From contig CBDBGH010000003.1 in NCBI GenBank assembly GCA_965205265.1, positions 1,632,001 through 1,696,000 on the forward strand: a DNA stretch of 64,000 nt, given 5' to 3'. This DNA comes from Alphaproteobacteria bacterium (GTDB lineage Bacteria; Pseudomonadota; Alphaproteobacteria; Bin95). Positions 52,228 through 64,000 of this stretch are shown here, piece by piece (the stretch's first letter is position 1; the number at the start of each line of letters is the position of its first letter). The position numbers were made by a program, and so were the translations under genes. The notes below the pieces were generated by a model. That model was given only the letters and a program-made list of their open reading frames with translations. It was not told where the DNA came from and searched no databases.

Positions 52228-53453
52228 CGGCCGACCGCTCCGCCTATGCCGGGCTTCGCGTATGCGACCTGACGCAGGGCGTCGCCGGTCCGCATTGCGC
52301 CTTCCTGCTGGCCCAGCACGGCGCCGACGTCATCAAAATCGAGCCGCCGGGCGGAGACTGGGGACGGGGCATCGGCAAGCGCCACGGGCCCTATTCCGCC
52401 TTCTTCCTCCAGGTCAACCGGGGCAAGCGCTCGCTCGCGCTCGACCTCAAGCAAGGGGAAGCCAGGGACGCGGCGGCCAAAATCGCGGCAAAGGCGGATG
52501 TGGTGCTCGAAGCCTTCCGGCCCGGCGTCACCGCAAGGTTCGGCCTCGACTATGAGAGCGTCCGCGCCGTCAATCCCGATGTCATCTATCTCTCCGTCAC
52601 GGGCTACGGCCAGCACGGCCCCTGGAGCGACCGGCCGCTGACGGACTCCATCGCCCAGGCGGTGACCGGCATGATGTCCATGAACCGCGACAAGGACGGG
52701 CTGCCGCAGCGGGTCGGCATGATCGCCATCGACGTGATGACGGGCCTCTACGCCTTCCAGGCCGTCTCGGCGGCGCTCTACGCCCGCGCGGTCCAGGGCG
52801 CTCCCGGCCGCTATATCGACATGAGCCTGCAACAGGCCGCCGGCGCGTTCATGGCCGCCAAGATGATCGAATACCACCTCGAAGGCCCGGTGCCGCAGGT
52901 TGTCGGCGTTCCCGTCGGCACCTTCGAGAGCGCGGACGGCTTCGTGACCGTCAATGCCCGCCGGGAGAAGCATTTCGAGGCGCTTTGCGGCCTGGTGGAC
53001 CGGCCGGAACTCGCCACCGACCCGCGCTTTTCCACCTACGAGGCGCGGATCGAGAACGAAGCCGAGCTGCTGGCGCTTCTGCGCCCGCTCATCGAACAAC
53101 GGCCCACGGCGGAGTGGGTCCGGCTGCTTGGCGAGGCGGACATCATCGCCGGGCCGGTGAACGATTTCGGCGACTATTTCCAGGAGCCGCAGGTCCTCCA
53201 TAACGCTTCCGTCGCCTGGCAGGAGCATGACGCGGTCGGGCGCGTGCCGATGCATGCCGTGCCGGGGATCGAGACGGCGCCGGAAGGCAGCTTTCTTGCA
53301 ACCGCGCCCGACCTGGGAGCTCACAGCCGCACCGTGCTCCGCGAATTCGGCTACACCGAGGCGCATATCGACAGGATGGCGGCCTCGGGCGCGGTCGTCG
53401 ACGGCGCGCGCATGGACAGGGACGACGCGGGGGCGCAAGCTGCCGCGGATTAG
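52224..53453 (+). CDS. Family III CoA-transferase (CaiB/BaiF)
   Basis: AGP, GADVIKIEPP.GD, NRGKRS, FRPG. Confidence 0.93.
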   Translation: MTADRSAYAGLRVCDLTQGVAGPHCAFLLAQHGADVIKIEPPGGDWGRGIGKRHGPYSAFFLQVNRGKRSLALDLKQGEARDAAAKIAAKADVVLEAFRPGVTARFGLDYESVRAVNPDVIYLSVTGYGQHGPWSDRPLTDSIAQAVTGMMSMNRDKDGLPQRVGMIAIDVMTGLYAFQAVSAALYARAVQGAPGRYIDMSLQQAAGAFMAAKMIEYHLEGPVPQVVGVPVGTFESADGFVTVNARREKHFEALCGLVDRPELATDPRFSTYEARIENEAELLALLRPLIEQRPTAEWVRLLGEADIIAGPVNDFGDYFQEPQVLHNASVAWQEHDAVGRVPMHAVPGIETAPEGSFLATAPDLGAHSRTVLREFGYTEAHIDRMAASGAVVDGARMDRDDAGAQAAAD

Positions 53454-53477
53454 AGTACCGGGGGGAGGCAAGGGCGG

Positions 53478-55070
53478 ATGGACCGCTTCGACTATATCGT
53501 TATCGGGGCCGGATCCGCCGGCTGCGTCATGGCCAATCGCCTGAGCGAGAACCCGAATGCCAGCGTGCTGCTGCTGGAGGCGGGCGGGCGCGACCTCAAC
53601 CCGTTCATCCATATCCCCGCCGGCTTCTTCAAGACGCTTTACGACACCTCCGTCAACTGGTGCTACGCCACGGAGAAGGAGGAGAACAGCGGCAACCGGG
53701 CCATCCATTGGCCGCGCGGCAAAGTGCTCGGCGGCTCATCCGCGATCAACGGCCATCTCATCGTGCGCGGCCAGCCCGAGGACTATGACGGCTGGGCGCA
53801 GCTGGGCAATCGCGGTTGGTCCTATGAGGAAGTTCTGCCCTATTTCAGGAAATTCGAGAACCGGCCGGGCGGCGACCCGGAGATTCGCGGCCGGGGTGGC
53901 CCGATCAACGTCATCGACCCCATAGAGCAGCACCCCCTGACGCAGCTCTTCATGGAGGCCTGCGTCGAGGCCGGCATCCCGCGCAACAACGACTACAATG
54001 ACGGCGAGCAGGAAGGCGTCGGCTATTTCCAGCATGCCATCCGCAACGGCCGCCGGGAGAGCACCGCGCGAACCTATCTGCGCCAGACGGACGGCCGGAC
54101 GAACCTGCGGGTGGAGACCCATGCGCTTGCCCAGCGCCTCGTCGTCGAGGAGGGGCGCGTCGTCGGCGTCGTGTTCCGGCAAGGCGATGTCGTCCGCGAG
54201 GCGCGCGCCAACGCCGAAATCATCCTCTCGTCCGGGTCCATCGCCTCGCCGCAACTTCTCGAATTATCGGGTATAGGCGACGCGGAACGGCTGAAACCGC
54301 TCGGCATCGAGCCCGTGCATCACCTGCCCGGCATCGGCGAGAACCTGCAGGACCACTATGTCGCCCGCATCTGCATGAAGGCGAAGGGCATCCGCACCTT
54401 CAACGAGCGCTCCCGCGGCCTGCCGCTGCTCTGGGAGACCGTGCGCTACGCGACGACGCGGACCGGGTTGCTCACCGCCGCGCCCGGCAATGTCAGCGCC
54501 TCGGTCAAGATCATGCCTGGCGTGGCGACGCCCGACGCGCAATACAGTTTCGCGCCGGCAAGCTACAAGGACGGCCTCATCGGCGTGCTCGACGACTATC
54601 CGGGCATGACGCTCGGTTTCTGGCAACACCGGCCGGAGAGCATCGGTTCCATCCATATCGACGCCGACGACCCGGACCGCCATCCGGTCATCCGCCCCAA
54701 CTACCTTGCCACGCAGACCGATTGCGACACCATGACGGGGGCGCTGAAACTCGCGCGGAAGATATTCGGGCAGCCGGCCATTGCGCCTTATATCGAGTGC
54801 GAAACCATACCGGGCGCCGAGCGGGCGAGCGACGACGAACTGCTCGACTACTGCCGCAGCAACGGCGCGACGGTTTATCACCCCATCGGCACCTGCAAGA
54901 TGGGAGACGACCCGATGGCCGTTGTCGATTCCTCGCTGCGGCTGCGCGGGCTGGACGGACTGCGGATCGTCGATGCTTCGGTGATGCCGCGCATGGTCTC
55001 GGCCAACACCAATGCGGCCGTGCTGATGATCGCCGAGAAGGCCGCGGACATGATCAAGGCGGGGACCTAA
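53478..55070 (+). CDS. GMC oxidoreductase (choline dehydrogenase-like)
   Basis: GAGSAG, GKVLGGSSAING, HPIGTCKMG, NTNA. Confidence 0.95.
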   Translation: MDRFDYIVIGAGSAGCVMANRLSENPNASVLLLEAGGRDLNPFIHIPAGFFKTLYDTSVNWCYATEKEENSGNRAIHWPRGKVLGGSSAINGHLIVRGQPEDYDGWAQLGNRGWSYEEVLPYFRKFENRPGGDPEIRGRGGPINVIDPIEQHPLTQLFMEACVEAGIPRNNDYNDGEQEGVGYFQHAIRNGRRESTARTYLRQTDGRTNLRVETHALAQRLVVEEGRVVGVVFRQGDVVREARANAEIILSSGSIASPQLLELSGIGDAERLKPLGIEPVHHLPGIGENLQDHYVARICMKAKGIRTFNERSRGLPLLWETVRYATTRTGLLTAAPGNVSASVKIMPGVATPDAQYSFAPASYKDGLIGVLDDYPGMTLGFWQHRPESIGSIHIDADDPDRHPVIRPNYLATQTDCDTMTGALKLARKIFGQPAIAPYIECETIPGAERASDDELLDYCRSNGATVYHPIGTCKMGDDPMAVVDSSLRLRGLDGLRIVDASVMPRMVSANTNAAVLMIAEKAADMIKAGT

Positions 55071-55104
55071 GGCCGCTTCGGCCCTCAACAAGGGGAGAAA
55101 TCTC

Positions 55105-55809
55105 ATGGTCGAATACGCACCCTACCCGGAGGGCACGCAACCGGCAGTCCAGTCCGAGCGCTATTTCCGGACGAGTCAGCTCGCGCCTTCACAGCCTTTC
55201 GTCGAGGCGCCGGTAACGCTTTCGGAGATCACCGGGCCGCTGTTCACGCGCGAGGGCGTGTCGCCGGAGGAGGCGGACCTGACAGCAGGCGGCAAGGCGC
55301 TCGGTCAGCTGATGGTCCTCGCAGGCCAGGTCCGCGACGAGGATGCGCGCCCGCTTCCGGGTGTCCTGGTGGAAGCCTGGCAGGCGAACGCCTCCGGCAA
55401 ATACCGCCATCCGGTGGACGGGCGCGACGCGCCGCTCGACCCCAATTTCATCGGCTCCGGGCGTGCGGTCACCGATGCTGAGGGCCGCTACCGCTTCGTC
55501 ACCGTCAAACCCGGTGCCTATCCGGTCCCGAATTCCGGCAATTGGTGGCGCCCACCGCATATCCACCTGTCCATCTACGGCTACGCCTTCATGAGCCGGA
55601 TGATTACCCAGATGTATTTCCCGGGCGATCCGCTGAACGAACTCGACTCCATCTTCATGTCCGTGCCGGACGCTGCCGCGCGGGACCGGCTCGTCGCCCG
55701 GGCCGATGTGTCGCTGGGCCTGCACGAGCACGCACTCGGCTACGGCTTCGACATCGTGATGCGGGGCCGGGACCAGACGCCGATGGAAGAGGAAGGGCCC
55801 GCGGCATGA
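55105..55809 (+). CDS. pcaH: Protocatechuate 3,4-dioxygenase beta subunit
   Basis: WQANASGKYRH, PGAYP, WRPPHIH (Fe ligands Y, Y, H, H). Confidence 0.9.
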   Translation: MVEYAPYPEGTQPAVQSERYFRTSQLAPSQPFVEAPVTLSEITGPLFTREGVSPEEADLTAGGKALGQLMVLAGQVRDEDARPLPGVLVEAWQANASGKYRHPVDGRDAPLDPNFIGSGRAVTDAEGRYRFVTVKPGAYPVPNSGNWWRPPHIHLSIYGYAFMSRMITQMYFPGDPLNELDSIFMSVPDAAARDRLVARADVSLGLHEHALGYGFDIVMRGRDQTPMEEEGPAA

Positions 55810-56366
55810 ACCTTGCGCCGACGGCTTCGCAGACGCTCGGGCCGTTCTTCAACTATGCCCTGCCGTTCAATGCCGACCTGACCGGCGGCGGCAAGGCCGA
55901 GGGGCGCAGCATCGTCCTGCGGGGCCGGGTCCTGGACGTGAACGCGGCTCCCGTTCGCGACGCGCTTGTCGAGGTCTGGCAGGCCAATGCAGCGGGCAGC
56001 TATGCGCACCCGCTCGACAGGGACGAGGCGCGCCCGCGCGACCCCCACTTCAGCGGCTTCGGGCGGGTCCTGACGGACGCCGGGGGCGGCTTCTCCTTCA
56101 CGACAGTGATACCGGGGCCGGTGCCCTTAGAGGGCAATCGCTGGCAGGCGCCGCATGTCTCGGTCGCGGTGTTCTCCGCCGGACTGCTGCGGCGGGTGCG
56201 GACCCGCGCCTATTTCCCCGGAGAGGAACTGAACGCGGACGACCCGGTGCTGGCCGCCGTGCCGAAAGGACGCCGGGCGCTACTGGTTGCGGTGGCCGAG
56301 GACGATGGCTACCGTTTCGACATTCGCCTGCGGGGCAAGAACGAAACGCCGTTCTTCGGCGACTGA
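55806..56366 (+). CDS. pcaG: Protocatechuate 3,4-dioxygenase alpha subunit
   Basis: TASQTLGPF, WQANAAG, QAPH, ETPFF; ATGA overlap with pcaH. Confidence 0.9.
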   Translation: MNLAPTASQTLGPFFNYALPFNADLTGGGKAEGRSIVLRGRVLDVNAAPVRDALVEVWQANAAGSYAHPLDRDEARPRDPHFSGFGRVLTDAGGGFSFTTVIPGPVPLEGNRWQAPHVSVAVFSAGLLRRVRTRAYFPGEELNADDPVLAAVPKGRRALLVAVAEDDGYRFDIRLRGKNETPFFGD

Positions 56367-56377
56367 GACGGCGCAGG

Positions 56378-57223
56378 TCAGAGACGCGGTCCGAGGCTTT
56401 CCACCAGGGCGTCGAGCTGCTTCAGGCTCTCGGCCTCATCCACCGACGGCAGCATGAAGACTGCCCGCGCGACGCTCGCGGCCTCGGCCCTGTCGAGTAG
56501 CGCTTCGTCGGGCGCCACGCCGAACAGCGTCACCGCGATCTCATCCGGGTTGCGGCCTGCTTCGGCGGCCATCTGCCGGAAGCGGGGCAGGACCTCCAGC
56601 ACATCCTGGTTGCGCCCGCCTATGGGCATCCAGCCGTCGCCATAAGCGATCGCCCGGCGCGCGCCCCAGGGAAAAGCCCCGCCGACGATCACCGGCGGGT
56701 GCGGGCGCTGCACCGGTTTCGGCCACTGCGCCATGGAGTCGAAATCGACGAACTCGCCGTGGAACTCCGCCTTGGCCTCGGTCCAGATCGTCTTCATGGC
56801 GGCGACGCGCTCCTCCATCAGCGCAAAGCGCGTCGAGAAGTCGGTGCCGTGGTCGGCCATCTCCTCGGCATTCCAGCCGCCGCCGATCCCGAACAGGAAA
56901 CGCCCGTTCGAGAGCCGGTCGAGCGTTGACACTTCTTTGGCCGTATAGATCGGGTCGCGCTGCACGACGAGGCATATGCCGGTACCGAGCTTGATCCGCG
57001 AAGTCGCCGTCGCCGCGCTGGCGAGCGCCAGGAACTGGTCCATTACGTCGTAATACTGCTTCGGCAAGTCGGCGCCGCCCGGCCAGGGGGACTGGCGCGA
57101 CCAGGGAATATGCGAGTGCTCGGGAAGCCAGAAGGACTCGAAACCGCGCTCTTCGGCCGCGAGGGCCAGGGTAGCCGGCGCAATGGAATAGTCGGTCGGG
57201 AAATAGGCGATGCCGTAGTCCAT
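56378..57223 (-). CDS. LLM class (luciferase-like, F420-type) oxidoreductase
   Basis: PEHSHIP, STLDRLSNGRF.FGIGGGW, KPVQRPHPP. Confidence 0.92.
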   Translation of the reverse strand: MDYGIAYFPTDYSIAPATLALAAEERGFESFWLPEHSHIPWSRQSPWPGGADLPKQYYDVMDQFLALASAATATSRIKLGTGICLVVQRDPIYTAKEVSTLDRLSNGRFLFGIGGGWNAEEMADHGTDFSTRFALMEERVAAMKTIWTEAKAEFHGEFVDFDSMAQWPKPVQRPHPPVIVGGAFPWGARRAIAYGDGWMPIGGRNQDVLEVLPRFRQMAAEAGRNPDEIAVTLFGVAPDEALLDRAEAASVARAVFMLPSVDEAESLKQLDALVESLGPRL

Positions 57224-57339
57224 GGCGTGTTCGTCCTTCTGCTGCAACTCCGGGAAGTGGGCGGCAGCGTAGCCCATTGCCGCAGCATCTACACGGATTT
57301 GCCCTTGAACTGCCACGGAATCGGACCGACTCTTTCCTC

Positions 57340-59804
<2,465 letters not shown>

Positions 59805-59808
<4 letters not shown>

Positions 59809-60077
59809 ACGATTCGCCGGCAGGCCAGAGGCTCGACCGGTGGCTGTGGTGCGCCCGCTTTTTCAAGACGCGCGGGCTGGCCACCAAGCTCTGCCAGGCC
59901 GGCCGGGTGCGTGTGAATCGCCGACCGGTACAGAAGGCCCACCACATTCTCCGGGTGGGCGATATACTGACTTTCCCCCAGGCGGGCGGCATACGGGTTG
60001 TGCGGGTCGAAGCGCTGGCGGAACGGCGCGGACCGGCGCCCGAGGCGGCCCGTCTTTACGCCAGCCTCGACGGTTGA
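59805..60077 (+). CDS. S4 domain RNA-binding protein (Hsp15-like)
   Basis: [24 protein letters not shown]. Confidence 0.92.
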
Positions 60078-60147
60078 CAGGCACGGCGCGGCTGCTAAAT
60101 GGTGCCTTCCATTATGCCGCTTCGCTTGCGGCCCGGAGACATTGCCT

Positions 60148-60480
60148 ATGACCTATATCGTCAATGACGCCTGTATCCGGTGCAAATACACCGATTGCGT
60201 CGAGGTATGCCCGGTCGATTGCTTCTATGAAGGCGAGAACATGCTGGTTATACATCCCGACGAATGCATCGATTGCGGCGTCTGCGAGCCCGAATGCCCG
60301 GTCGAGGCGATCAAACCGGACACCGACCCCGGCATGGAGGAATGGGTCGAATTCAACCGGCGCTACTCCGAAAGCTGGCCGAACATCACCTACCGCAAGG
60401 ACGCGCCGCCCGACGCAGAGTCCTGGGAGGGCGTGGAAGGCAAGCTGGAAGCGCATTTCAGTCCCAATCCCGGCGGTTGA
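60148..60480 (+). CDS. fdxA: 7Fe ferredoxin
   Basis: [30 protein letters not shown]; TTGACA at 60074-60079 upstream. Confidence 0.97.
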   Translation: MTYIVNDACIRCKYTDCVEVCPVDCFYEGENMLVIHPDECIDCGVCEPECPVEAIKPDTDPGMEEWVEFNRRYSESWPNITYRKDAPPDAESWEGVEGKLEAHFSPNPGG

Positions 60481-60765
60481 GGCCGTCGCGCGCTGGGTGT
60501 GCCGACACCGCAGGACGGGCCGCATTCCTCCCGCCTGTCTTCCGGCCTTTCGGAGCGAAACCGCCGCCAGCCGCTCCAATGGACAGGGGCAGGCGCCGCA
60601 AGGGTCGCCATTCGGTTGAATTTATGCTAAAGTCGCGCGTGGGTTTTGGAGGAGACCCGACCAGCGGCAACAGAGCGTCGGCGCATTCGCTCGCCGAAAG
60701 CGGCACAGCGAGCTGCGCTCCCGTTTGGTGCATCGTTACGGAATTCTGGGGGCCAACAGGACAGG

Positions 60766-61263
60766 ATGACAAAACGCGCGAATTTCAAGGCAGGTAATCA
60801 CGTGGTCTATCCGGCGCATGGCGTCGGCAAGGTCCTGGCTGTCGAGGAGCAGGCAATTTCCGGTTACGAGTTGGAGATGCTGGTCATCGAGTTCGAAAAG
60901 GAAAAGATGCTCCTGCGCATCCCGACGGCAAAGGTGCAAACGGCGGGCCTGAGGACACTATCCACAAAGAAGGAAATGCAGAACGCATTAAAAACCCTGA
61001 AGGGCAAGGTGCGTATCAAGCGAACGATGTGGAGCCGGCGCGCCCAGGAATACGAGGCGAAGATCAATTCCGGCGACCCGAACCTGATCGCCGAGGTGGT
61101 GCGGGACCTGCATCGCAACGCAGACCAGCCGGACCAGTCCTACAGCGAGCGCCAGATCTACCAGGCCGCGCTCGAACGGCTGAGCCGGGAACTTGCGGTG
61201 GTGGAGAGGATCGACGAGGACAAAGCCGTCAAGAGAGTGGAAATGGTCTTGCAGGCCGCTTGA
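60766..61263 (+). CDS. carD: CarD family transcription regulator
   Basis: VVYPAHGVG, MWSRRAQEY, EVVRDL. Confidence 0.97.
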   Translation: MTKRANFKAGNHVVYPAHGVGKVLAVEEQAISGYELEMLVIEFEKEKMLLRIPTAKVQTAGLRTLSTKKEMQNALKTLKGKVRIKRTMWSRRAQEYEAKINSGDPNLIAEVVRDLHRNADQPDQSYSERQIYQAALERLSRELAVVERIDEDKAVKRVEMVLQAA

Positions 61264-61290
61264 CCCGATAGCGACAAGATATCGCATCGA

Positions 61291-61332
61291 AAGGCGGTCT
61301 GCTCGGAGACGGGCAGACCGCCTTCGGCTTTT
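61291..61332 (+). terminator. Intrinsic terminator after carD
   Basis: AAGGCGGTCTGCTCG-GAGA-CGGGCAGACCGCCTT followed by CGGCTTTT. Confidence 0.7.
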
Positions 61333-61440
61333 CGGGAGGACAGAGCCGAAAGACCGGTTGAATAACAACGCAATGCTGCCCACCTCTTGAAGAGCGGTGC
61401 GCCCGTCCGGGAACCGGAACGCGGCGCAGGAAGGAACGAG

Positions 61441-62325
61441 ATGAGCTATCTGGACCGGTCGGCAAATAGCAGGGGGGCGCTGAATTTCGTCCGCCATGCG
61501 ATGAGCACGCCGCTGCTCACTCGCGAGCGCGAACAGGAACTGGCGCTGCGCTGGCGCGACCTGAAGGACGAGGCGGCCCTGCACGAACTGGTCAACGCCT
61601 ATGCGCGGCTGGTCGCAGCCACGGCCGCGAAATACCGGAATTACGGCCTGCCCATGGCGGACCTGATGCAGGAGGGATCCGTCGGCCTGATGCAGGCGGC
61701 GGCCCGCTTCGAGCCGGAGCGGGAGGTTCGTTTCTCGACCTACGCCTCCTGGTGGATCCGCTCGGCAATGCAGGACTATGTCCTGCGCAACTGGTCCATC
61801 GTCCGTACGGGTTCCACCTCGTCCCAGAAGTCGCTGTTCTTCAACCTGCGCCGGTTGCGCGCCCGCATCGAGGGGCGCACCGGCAAGCCTCTCGACGACC
61901 GGGGACGGGAACGCATTGCTGCCGAACTCAAGGTCGCAACCAGCGATGTGGAGTCCATGGAAAGCCGGCTTACCGGAGCCGATCGCTCGCTCGATGCGCC
62001 GGTCGGCGAGGACGGTGACGAAACCTGGGTACACTTCCTGGCGGACCAGCGCCCGTCTCCCGAAGATAACGCCATGGAGCATCTCGACGGCGACGAGCGC
62101 GCGCGCTGGATCAGGGAGGCCCTGGCCGAATTGCCGGCGCGCGAGGCAAAGATCATCCGCGAACGATTGCTGGAAGACGATGCCCGCACGCTGGAATCGC
62201 TCGGACGGGAGCTCGGCGTAAGCAAGGAGCGCGTCCGCCAGCTGGAGGCCCGCGCGCTGGCGAAGCTGCGCCGCAGCCTGGAAGCTCTCTGGCGCGCGGA
62301 CGGCAACGCTCTCCCCGACGCATAG
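61441..62325 (+). CDS. rpoH: RNA polymerase sigma-32 factor (RpoH2-like)
   Basis: RpoH box QKSLFFNLR, RFSTYASWW, SKERVRQLE. Confidence 0.92.
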   Translation: MSYLDRSANSRGALNFVRHAMSTPLLTREREQELALRWRDLKDEAALHELVNAYARLVAATAAKYRNYGLPMADLMQEGSVGLMQAAARFEPEREVRFSTYASWWIRSAMQDYVLRNWSIVRTGSTSSQKSLFFNLRRLRARIEGRTGKPLDDRGRERIAAELKVATSDVESMESRLTGADRSLDAPVGEDGDETWVHFLADQRPSPEDNAMEHLDGDERARWIREALAELPAREAKIIRERLLEDDARTLESLGRELGVSKERVRQLEARALAKLRRSLEALWRADGNALPDA

Positions 62326-62492
62326 CCGCATAGCTGCGCTGCGCCTGCACGCTAAAATGGGACTCTGCGGCGAGCCGGCATAACGCCGGGCCGGAAGGGG
62401 CTATGCGAGCGTGTGAAGAGATCGGAGTGGATATCTGTCGTATCGAGACGGGGCGAAGACGGACAGGCACTGTCACCCTGGACCCCGCTATC

Positions 62493-62620
62493 GCCACCCC
62501 GGACTTGTTCCGGGGTCCATCCCTGACCGTTTGCGCCTGCCGCAGCCGTTTGAACGGGACCGGACCGCCTGCGTGTGCCGAGAAAGCCGGAGCTGGACCC
62601 CGGATCAAGTCCGGGGTGAC
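62493..62620. repeat. Variant REP doublet
   Basis: GCCACCCCGGACTTGTTCCGGGGTCCA...TGGACCCCGGATCAAGTCCGGGGTGAC. Confidence 0.8.
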
Positions 62621-62788
62621 AGAGGGGGCGTCTGGGATGACGGACGGGGCGTTCGGGGTGATGGTTTGGGGCAGGTCCTGCCGGCCGGCGGGGGCAGACC
62701 CGGACTGTTTCCCGCCGGACGGGCGATGCAGCGCCGGACAGATCCGATTCCTTCACACGCCCATGCTCGGGAAGACGGCGGCACTCAG

Positions 62789-63755
<967 letters not shown>

Positions 63756-63772
<17 letters not shown>

Positions 63773-64000
63773 AACCGTCTGGGCCGTCGTTACCCCGGTG
63801 TACGAAGACGGCGATTCCTTTGCCTCGCTTTGCCGGGACCTCGCGCGTCTCGACGCCGGGGTTTCGCTGGAGGTCTTGGCGGTGGACGACGGAACGATCG
63901 GGGCGCCGCCGGCGGTCGATGCCATCCGGGGCGCCGGGCTGGCCGGCCGGATAGTCCGCCTGAAGCGCAACAGCGGCCACCAGACGGCGATCTGGGTGGG
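63756..64000 (+). CDS. Glycosyltransferase family 2, 5' part (runs off the window)
   Basis: [19 protein letters not shown]. Confidence 0.8.

Noticed and set aside
60481-60765. ncRNA or riboswitch upstream of carD
   Set aside because: A long intergenic region, but no motif I could recognise; an Rfam search would be needed
62613-62665. Degenerate ~21-bp tandem repeat after the REP variant
   Set aside because: Only about 2.5 diverged units, likely a REP end decay product

Overview
A GC-rich (roughly 70% by eye) alphaproteobacterial chromosome segment, probably Rhodospirillales-like judging by the gene order (accA-xerD/aroK-aroB-corC, mgtE-tRNA-Leu-lipB, helicase-S4-fdxA-carD-rpoH). It has about 55 CDS, mostly housekeeping and catabolic genes, and three tRNAs (Leu-TAA, Leu-GAG, Met-CAT). 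The unusual signals are mostly non-coding or sub-genic. (1) A ~360-390 bp MITE with 18-bp TIRs and a 9-bp target duplication inserts into a REP palindrome, carries a copy of that REP, and appears nested inside itself at the window start. (2) A TTGACA promoter overlapped by a perfect alphaproteobacterial LexA box points into a ~230-nt leader, a catalytically truncated IS630 HTH gene and a VapBC pair. (3) A ~600-bp low-GC, in-frame patch lies inside dnaE. (4) Several small ORFs are hidden or broken: a 10-bp duplication frameshift, an internally deleted dehydrogenase, and a 31-aa TM peptide in frame with a PuuD-like gene. All product calls come from recognising motifs by eye; no database search was run.
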